Of a stretch of 44,342 nt of DNA, positions 37,506 to 44,342 are shown in pieces. The notes beneath the pieces were generated by a model. It was given only the letters and a program-made list of their open reading frames with translations, was not told the DNA's origin and made no database searches. Within the stretch, counting starts at the first letter, position 1. Each line of letters begins with the position of its first letter. Origin of the DNA: Draconibacterium sp. (GTDB lineage Bacteria > Bacteroidota > Bacteroidia > Bacteroidales > Prolixibacteraceae); the NCBI GenBank assembly GCA_021648495.1, contig JAKIST010000001.1, forward strand, positions 1 through 44,342, in the 5' to 3' direction. The position numbers and the translations under genes were made by a program.

Positions 37506-39263
37506 ATGTTCAGAACTCATACTTGTGGCGAACTACGAATCGCAGATATTAACAGTAAAGTTATCCTTGCCGGATGGGTGCAGCGAATTCGGGATTTTGG
37601 TGCTATGACTTTTATTGATTTGCGCGACCGTTATGGAATTACACAATTGGTAATTAATGAAGAAACCGCTGATTCAGTTGCAAAAGAGTTAGATAAATTG
37701 GGAAGGGAATTTGTAATCCAGGCAATCGGTGCTGTTCGTGAACGTTCGAGCAAGAATAATAATATACCAACGGGTGAAATTGAAATTGCCCTAACCGAAA
37801 TAAAGGTTTTAAGCCCGTCGGAAATACCACCATTTACAATTCAAGACAATACTGATGGTGGCGACGACCTCAGGATGAAATACCGCTATTTAGATTTAAG
37901 GAGAAATACTGTCCGTGAGAATTTAATTTTACGCGCAAAAATGGCCCACGCTGTTCGAAGCTACTTAAATGCAATGGATTTTATTGAAACAGAAACACCT
38001 GTTTTAATTAAATCGACTCCGGAAGGTGCCCGCGATTTTGTAGTTCCTTCGAGAATGAACGAAGGTGAATTTTACGCATTACCGCAATCACCGCAGCTTT
38101 TCAAACAGCTTTTAATGATTGGCGGATTCGACCGTTACTACCAAATTGTTAAGTGTTTCCGTGACGAAGATTTACGCGCCGACCGTCAGCCAGAGTTCAC
38201 TCAAATTGACTGTGAAATGTCGTTTGTTGAACAAAAAGATATTTTGGAAACTTTTGAAGGACTTATAAAATATGTGTTTAAAGAAGTCTTGAATATAGAA
38301 ATCGAAGATTTCCCCTGGATGCCCTATTCCGAAGCGATGGAAAATTATGGCTCAGACAAGCCCGACACTCGTTTTGATATGTTGATCAACAATATTTCGA
38401 ACGAAACAAAAGGGAAAGGATTTGGTGTTTTTGATTCGGCAGAATTTATCGGCGCAATTTGTGCAAAAGGTTGCGCAACCTACACTCGTAAACAGTTGGA
38501 TAAATTGACCAACTGGGTGAAACGGCCACAGATTGGAGCAAAAGGATTAGTTTACGTGAAATGCAACGAAGACGGTAGTTTTAAATCGTCGGTTGACAAA
38601 TTCTATTCGCAGGATAATTTAAAAGAATGGGCAGATAAAGTTGGCGCAACTGCCGGTGATTTAATTTTAGTATTGTCGGGCGATAAAAATACTATTTTAA
38701 ATGCCCTTGGCGGACTTCGCCTGGAGATAGCAAGTCAACTTGGTCTTCGAAATAAAGATACATTTAAACCGCTTTGGGTGGTCGATTTTCCATTGTTGGA
38801 ATGGAACGAGGAAAGCAACCGTTTTCATGCGATGCACCATCCATTTACTGCACCAAAACCTGAGGACATTTTATTGCTGGACACCGATCCGGGCAAAGTG
38901 CGTGCAAATGCGTACGATCTTGTAATTAATGGGGTTGAAATTGGCGGTGGTTCAGTTCGGATTTTTAATTCGGAACTACAAGCTAAAATGTTTGACAAGT
39001 TGGGGTTCACGGCGGAACAGGCGCAGGCACAGTTTGGATTTTTAATGAATGCCTTTAAATATGGTGCTCCCCCACATGCCGGAATCGCTTTTGGTTTCGA
39101 CCGACTGGCTTCAATGTTTGCCGGATTGGATTCCATTCGCGATGTAATTGCTTTCCCAAAAAACAATTCCGGACGCGATGTCATGATTGATTCGCCCTCC
39201 ACAATTGCAGCTGAACAATTGGATGAACTAAGTTTGAAATTGAATTTGAAGAAGAAAGAATAA
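37506..39263 (+). CDS. aspS: Aspartate--tRNA ligase
   Basis: [49 protein letters not shown]; ATG at 37506. Confidence 0.97.
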   Translation: MFRTHTCGELRIADINSKVILAGWVQRIRDFGAMTFIDLRDRYGITQLVINEETADSVAKELDKLGREFVIQAIGAVRERSSKNNNIPTGEIEIALTEIKVLSPSEIPPFTIQDNTDGGDDLRMKYRYLDLRRNTVRENLILRAKMAHAVRSYLNAMDFIETETPVLIKSTPEGARDFVVPSRMNEGEFYALPQSPQLFKQLLMIGGFDRYYQIVKCFRDEDLRADRQPEFTQIDCEMSFVEQKDILETFEGLIKYVFKEVLNIEIEDFPWMPYSEAMENYGSDKPDTRFDMLINNISNETKGKGFGVFDSAEFIGAICAKGCATYTRKQLDKLTNWVKRPQIGAKGLVYVKCNEDGSFKSSVDKFYSQDNLKEWADKVGATAGDLILVLSGDKNTILNALGGLRLEIASQLGLRNKDTFKPLWVVDFPLLEWNEESNRFHAMHHPFTAPKPEDILLLDTDPGKVRANAYDLVINGVEIGGGSVRIFNSELQAKMFDKLGFTAEQAQAQFGFLMNAFKYGAPPHAGIAFGFDRLASMFAGLDSIRDVIAFPKNNSGRDVMIDSPSTIAAEQLDELSLKLNLKKKE

Positions 39264-39297
39264 TTGTTACTACTCAGCAGTACAAGTGAAATTTAAA

Positions 39298-39950
39298 TCA
39301 TTGTTTATCAGCCAGTTTTGGTTCATCCCCCTGGTACCACCAGTAATTATGTAGATGTAGCGTTTTCGTATAAAAACCAACCAAAAATCCATTTTCTTCC
39401 ATTGTTTTTACTACTCCGAGCTCGTGGGCGCCAATTCCAACCGGAACACCTTTTCCCTAAAAATGTGCAATCCATTTTTCAAATAAGGGTTTGTGAAGAA
39501 ATAACATGACTGGAATTGACGAAGTTATTTTGTGCGATAACAAGGCAAAAAACGTAGCTATAACCATAGTTACAGCGAGGCTTTTTAACGAAGTTAGCGT
39601 GCAAAAGAACGAGTTAAGACGGTCAGGTTATTTCATTACAATCCCTAAGTCGAGCCGTCCTGCACTTAACCAGCGGTCGGCAATATTACCCTGAATATAA
39701 ACTGCCGATGCACCGGAATCAATTGCCCACTGCGAGTTGCTTATTACATCATCGTCTTTGGGGCACGTTTGCGCCAACCACTGAATTTTGCCTCCCAGTT
39801 TCCAATATTTGTTCATTACTTTAATGGTGTCAGCTGCTGTTCGTACAATGGCAGTATTAATTCCACAGGCTTCGCAAAGGCGGAATGTTTCCCATATTTT
39901 TTCGTTTGTAAAATAAGTTTTCAGCAGTTGTGAAACATAGATGAGTCCAG
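39298..39950 (-). pseudogene. Remnant of an uncharacterised (possibly TIM-barrel/AKR-like) gene split by E5
   Basis: LIYVSQLLK.YFTNEKI.ETFRLCE.CGINT...GRLDL[E5]FEKWIAHF*GKGVPVGIGAHEL...KTLHLHNYW; frame restored by removing E5 plus one TAA. Confidence 0.65.
39487..39645 (+). mobile_element. Long-hairpin MITE-like element E5 (159 bp)
   Basis: TAA|GGGTTTGTGAAGAAATAACATGAC...GTCAGGTTATTTCATTACAATCCC|TAA; interrupts a reading frame cleanly. Confidence 0.9.
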
Positions 39951-40192
39951 TCCAAAAACACATAAAATCAAAAAAGTATCTTTTGGTAATATTTTCATTT
40001 TTCTCAATTAGCTGATGCTCAGGCATCACCAAATATCGAAAAATAAAAATCTCATCCAAAATCTTTCTTTTTATGAAAATCCTCTGTTTTTAGACTGAAC
40101 TCACAGATGGCTTGGAAACAAAAAATTAATTTTCACAGGTGCAACTTATAGCTGAAATACACATGATTATTTACAGTGATAATCCGTGTTAA

Positions 40193-40258
40193 GGGCCTAT
40201 TCAAAAATAACCTATACATTTTGACTCGTTCTTTCGCCTATTCTCTTCGTTATAAAAG
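40193..40258 (-). mobile_element. Half copy of the MITE family, opposite orientation
   Basis: - strand reads TAACGAAG...AAAGAACGAGTCAA...GGTTATTT...GGCCC|TTA, matching the right arm of E2/E5. Confidence 0.65.
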
Positions 40259-40590
40259 TATTAAATAAACTCAGAACAACTGACCCTATAAATATAACCT
40301 TCTGAATATCAAATAACGATTACTTTCCTATTGGATTTGGAAATGATACCAAATCAACAAAGGTATCACCATAGTATTCTCTATTGCCCCTTTAAATATC
40401 TATATATCTACACTTTAAGTGAGTTTTGTAAATAGTTTTTCCTGAGACCATACAATTTTACAAAAAATACAATTAGTTTTTATATGTCTGTATCAATGAG
40501 AGTTGTACTATTTATTTAGTATATTTTTTTTAACAACAAATTTGGTATCACCTTAAATCCTATTAGGTCGGTTGTTCTGAAATTAGAAAG

Positions 40591-40620
40591 AAAAAAACCG
40601 TTCATTTCTAAACGGTTTTT
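40591..40620 (-). terminator. Rho-independent terminator-like hairpin
   Basis: AAAAACCGTT...AACGGTTTTT with A/T tails on both sides. Confidence 0.55.
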
Positions 40621-41130
40621 AAGTATATAATGAGGAAAAGGGTAGAATTCTATGGACGCTTTTTGAAGATGACTGATGATTTACAAACCCCTAAACACAA
40701 AACCAATCATAAATACAGAAAATATTCTACCCTTTATTTTTTTGTTAATGTCCAATATGTGCTTTGTTTAACAATAACTACACCAATTTTATTACTCATT
40801 GATTATTAGGTAAATGTATAATTCTTGAAAATTTTACTGTGTTCATATTGGGAAAATATTGAAATATTTTCCCAAATATTGACCAATGCTATTTTAAAGA
40901 ATTCGATCATTGATAGAAACGAATAAATAAATATGTCAAACCAAAATACATATTTTGCTTTTGTACCATACGATTATATTTATCCGATATATATACGTTA
41001 TTTCGAAAGAGTTCATTTGAGGTAAATGAACCCAAAATCTATTATGAAAAAGGTTATGAACAGGAAACTAATTTACAATTGTACAACAGATTTTTATTGT
41101 AAATTCGTAACGTTTAAATACCCATAAAAA

Positions 41131-41682
41131 ATGAGAACAATTTCTGGTAAAATCCTAAAAAACTTAGGTTGGAAAATAACCGGTGATTTTGCAGGTTTAA
41201 AAAAATCGGTTACCATATTTGCCCCCCACACGGCACACATCGACGCTATTTATGGGAAATTAGGATTTACGGAACTTGGAGTTAATTTCAAATTCCTTTC
41301 AAAAAAAGAACTTTTCTTTTTCCCAATGAACCTGGTTATGAAAAAATTTGGATCTATTCCGGTAAGGGGAGTTAAAGGGCAAAATGCAATTTATCAGGCC
41401 GCCGATTTATTAAATAATTCAGAGGAATTGCACATTGTAGTTTCACCCGAAGGATGGATTAAAAGAGTTACCAGTTGGAACAAAGGATTTTATTACATGG
41501 CACTAAAAGCCAGGGTACCTATTGTTGTAAGCTATCTTGATTATGAGAAAAAAGAGATGGGAGTTAAAGAAATAATTTATGATATTTCTGATTTTAAATC
41601 AGTAATGAAACAAATTAACACCATTTACAAAGATGTTAAAGGCAAAAACCCGAAACAGTTTGCGCTTCAGGAAATAGATTAA
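41131..41682 (+). CDS. PlsC-family acyltransferase
   Basis: APHTAHID, FLSKKELF, SPEG, W.KGFY..A..A.VPIV...DY. Confidence 0.85.
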   Translation: MRTISGKILKNLGWKITGDFAGLKKSVTIFAPHTAHIDAIYGKLGFTELGVNFKFLSKKELFFFPMNLVMKKFGSIPVRGVKGQNAIYQAADLLNNSEELHIVVSPEGWIKRVTSWNKGFYYMALKARVPIVVSYLDYEKKEMGVKEIIYDISDFKSVMKQINTIYKDVKGKNPKQFALQEID

Positions 41683-41901
41683 TGAAAAAACTCTCATACA
41701 GATGAAACCGTTTTGTCTAATGATAATATTGTTTATGTGAAGTCAAGAGTTCTGAATTTAAAGAAACTACTTTCGTATTTTATAAAATCTATATATTCAA
41801 TAGAATCTCTTTTGCCCAAAATCCCCTTCCTTCTTCTCATAATTAAAAATTAACCTATTTTTAAGTTTGCTCATCCGATAATTCAGTTATAAAAGACGAA
41901 G

Positions 41902-42406
41902 TTAAAAAGTAATTTTCATAGATAACCCCGCAACATTCGAATTCAATTGAATTTAAAATCTTTTCACAAAAGAGGGCTCAAACTGAAAAGAAAGTGCTTT
42001 TTGCCAAAGGTGCATATTTTTTATTTTTGCCACTTTCACTGTATCAAAAAAATTCCAGATATAAATAGCAAAAAGTGCAATTCCTCCTATCATCACTTTT
42101 ACATTTTCCAAATTGCTGTATGAATTACCTCATCCAGCAGCCCATTCATCCTAAGAACCAGAAACAATTAATACGGATACAAACAAACATACCTGCCGGA
42201 AACACTAATCCTCCAATATAACACCCGGAATAAAAATGACCGGCTCCCCGAATTATTGCTAAAACTCCTGCAATTAAAGGTTGATAACAATCGTCTTTTT
42301 GGCAAGAATAAGTTTTTACATCGTATTTATTATTGTAATTTCGGTACTGCCCAGTAGAGACAATACCCGATAAAACAAATAAAACCAATAGTAATATTAT
42401 TTTCAT
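41902..42406 (-). pseudogene. Decayed secreted/membrane protein gene
   Basis: Signal peptide and GAGHFYSG, then a frameshift and stops; second frame ...IWNFFDTVKVAKIKN...GLSMKITF*. Confidence 0.6.
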
Positions 42407-42488
42407 TATGAAAATGTTAAAGCATTTCAATCAAAATTACAAAAATCAATTTTATATTTTTGTTTTTCATTTTAAGTGAAAGGTTCTA

Positions 42489-42663
42489 ACCTGATTAATT
42501 CATGAATTTTCGTTATGAGAAGCCAAAATACAAAGAATAAAGGTGAGCGCAGGAATTCAACTCGCAGGAATAGCAGTTGCTATTTTGAGAATTGGATTCC
42601 GAGCATTACCTTTATTCAAAGTAGTTTGGTTTCGGAATAGAAATATTTGTGAATTATTCGGGC
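42489..42663 (+). mobile_element. Long-hairpin MITE-like element E6 (~175 bp, different subfamily)
   Basis: TA|ACCTGATTAATTCATGAAT...ATTTGTGAATTATTCGGGC|TA; nested stems GAATAAAGGT/ACCTTTATTC; central AATAGC-AGTT-GCTATT. Confidence 0.75.
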
Positions 42664-42698
42664 TAAATAGTGCCTGCAAGAAAACTCTACTTTTTCAA

Positions 42699-42821
42699 GT
42701 CTTTGATAAGAAAACGTCAAAGACAAGGCTTTCGAAGTTTTGAAAATCAAGGAGTTTGCTCTTGCAAATGACTGTTTTCAAAACGAGAGTAACGCAGTAT
42801 TTGGCGTTTTCTTGCAAAGAC
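42699..42821 (+). mobile_element. Long-hairpin MITE-like element E7 (left boundary uncertain: 42670 or 42699)
   Basis: GTCTTTGATAAGAAAACGTCAAA...TTTGGCGTTTTCTTGCAAAGAC|TAA; internal AAGGC and AACGCAG. Confidence 0.7.
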
Positions 42822-42947
42822 TAAATAACATCGTCATCTTTGAACAACTTATTTTAAACTTTTCGCTAAGGAATTATCTGCTTTTTATGAAAATTAATTT
42901 TTTTAACCGCTTTTTTCAATAAATTGCGTCCACCAACTATCTTATTT

Positions 42948-44342
42948 ATGAAAGTCAATAAAATTTTATTTTTTTACAAATTACTCTTGTTGATTACGAT
43001 TACAGGGGTTCTCACAAGTGTTTATAATCAAAGTCGGGCACAAGGTCATGACAGTCCACAATGGGGCGAAAAATACTCCAGGAACATGATTTCTAATGAA
43101 AAGGATTTACCCACAACATTTAACCCGGAGACAGGTGAAAATATAAAATGGTCGGTTTCAATTGGAAGTAACGGTTATGCAACACCCGTGATTTCGGGTG
43201 GTAAAGTTCTTATTGGGGCAAACAATGCGGATGAACGCGACCCACGTTTTGAAGGAGACCGTGGCGTTTTGCTTTGTTTAAACGAATTGGATGGCAGTTT
43301 GTGCTGGCAATTGGTTGTCCCGCGGATTGAAGGAGACCGGCACAACGATTGGCCAATGATTGGCATTTGTTCACCGCCAACCGTGGAAGGAGATCGTGTT
43401 TATGTTCTTACAAATCGATCGGAAGTTCTTTGCCTCGATTTAAATGGACAAGCAGATGGAAACGATGGGCCTTTTCAGGGTGAAGGTTGGTACATGGCCC
43501 GTTCCGGTGAATTTGCTTACAAAGTAACCTTAAAAGATGCAGATATTATCTGGTCGTTCGACATGCGTTTGCAATTGGGAATGAGCCCACACGATTCGCC
43601 ACACGCTTCAATTTTACTCGATGGCGACTACCTTTACCTGAACACGTGCAATGGTGTTGATTACCGCCACCTTGAAACGCGTTCGTTAGATGCTCCGAGT
43701 TTGATCGCCCTTGATAAAAAAACCGGCAGGCTTGTGGCCAAGGACAATGAGCATTTTGGACCCCGTATTTTTCACTCTTCGTGGTCGTCGCCGGCAATGG
43801 GAGAAGTAAATGGTAAAAAACAAGTTATTTTTACAGGTCCTGATGGAATTGTTTATGGTTTCGAAGCCCTTTCGCAATCAGTTTCCAGAGACAAAATTTA
43901 TACATTTAATAAAATTTGGCAATTCGATTGCGATCCAACTGCACCAAAAGAAAATATTCATGATTACCTAAAAAACCGAAATGAAAGCCCCAGTAATTTT
44001 ATGGGAATGCCGGTGTTTTACAAAAACAGAATTTATGTTACCGGTGGTGGTGATATTTGGTGGGGGAAAAAGGAAGCCTGGCTAAAATGTATCGATGCCT
44101 CAAAAACAGGAGACATAACTAAAACAGGTGAAATTTGGTCGCAGCCACTCGAAGAACATTCAGCTTCTACACCGGCAATTTCGAAAGGGCTGGTTTATGT
44201 AACCGACTGCGGTAAAAACCTGCATTGTATTGATGCCGAAAATGGTAACCCGTATTGGACGCATAAATTAAAAATGGATTCGTGGAGTTCTGCTTTGGTT
44301 GCCGACAATAAAGTTTATGTAGGTTCGCGCGGAGGCGATTTT
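42948..44342 (+). CDS. PQQ-binding-like (BamB-type) beta-propeller protein, partial
   Basis: Not in the ORF track because it has no stop in the window; MKVNKILFF signal peptide, then NIKWSV, ATPVISGGKVLIG, SPPTVEGDRVYV and similar repeats. Confidence 0.85.
   Translation, partial: MKVNKILFFYKLLLLITITGVLTSVYNQSRAQGHDSPQWGEKYSRNMISNEKDLPTTFNPETGENIKWSVSIGSNGYATPVISGGKVLIGANNADERDPRFEGDRGVLLCLNELDGSLCWQLVVPRIEGDRHNDWPMIGICSPPTVEGDRVYVLTNRSEVLCLDLNGQADGNDGPFQGEGWYMARSGEFAYKVTLKDADIIWSFDMRLQLGMSPHDSPHASILLDGDYLYLNTCNGVDYRHLETRSLDAPSLIALDKKTGRLVAKDNEHFGPRIFHSSWSSPAMGEVNGKKQVIFTGPDGIVYGFEALSQSVSRDKIYTFNKIWQFDCDPTAPKENIHDYLKNRNESPSNFMGMPVFYKNRIYVTGGGDIWWGKKEAWLKCIDASKTGDITKTGEIWSQPLEEHSASTPAISKGLVYVTDCGKNLHCIDAENGNPYWTHKLKMDSWSSALVADNKVYVGSRGGDF

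Noticed and set aside
39318-40059. ORFs 39318-39509, 39506-39694 and the 5' part of 39628-40059 as genes
   Set aside because: Chance frames over E5 and the pseudogene; only ~39650-39950 of the last ORF looks protein-like.
1-42821. All hairpin elements in one orientation (replication-linked insertion)
   Set aside because: Most have the motifs on the + strand, but the half copy at 40193-40258 is on the - strand, and the sample is too small.
42543-42922. Two short + strand ORFs
   Set aside because: They lie mostly within E6/E7 repeat sequence and have no protein-like features.
1-44342. CRISPR array, tRNA/rRNA, prophage or autonomous IS
   Set aside because: No regularly spaced direct repeats, cloverleaf, phage genes or transposase ORF were seen.

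Overview
AT-rich Bacteroidota chromosomal segment, most similar in gene style to Prolixibacteraceae/Marinilabiliales (inference). Positions 128-16946 (- strand) carry the dcw cluster mraZ-rsmH-ftsL-ftsI-murE-mraY-murD-ftsW-murG-murC-ftsQ-ftsA, then two tandem ftsZ paralogs and a GatB/YqeY gene. The upstream ftsZ copy lacks the normal FtsZ tail and ends in an FtsA-like putative amphipathic segment. The rest holds housekeeping genes (glsA/glsB-like acyltransferases, purF, yebC, alkaline phosphatase, DEAD helicase, dprA, aroB, aroA, tadA, aspS), a hicB gene with a frameshifted hicA, about seven decayed genes and a partial beta-propeller gene. Scattered through it is a family of long-hairpin, non-autonomous MITE-like elements. 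Four complete copies are 158-159 bp with 3-bp TAA/TTA target duplications, different but self-complementary ends and conserved internal-loop motifs; two of them interrupt genes. No rRNA, tRNA, CRISPR array or transposase gene was seen.
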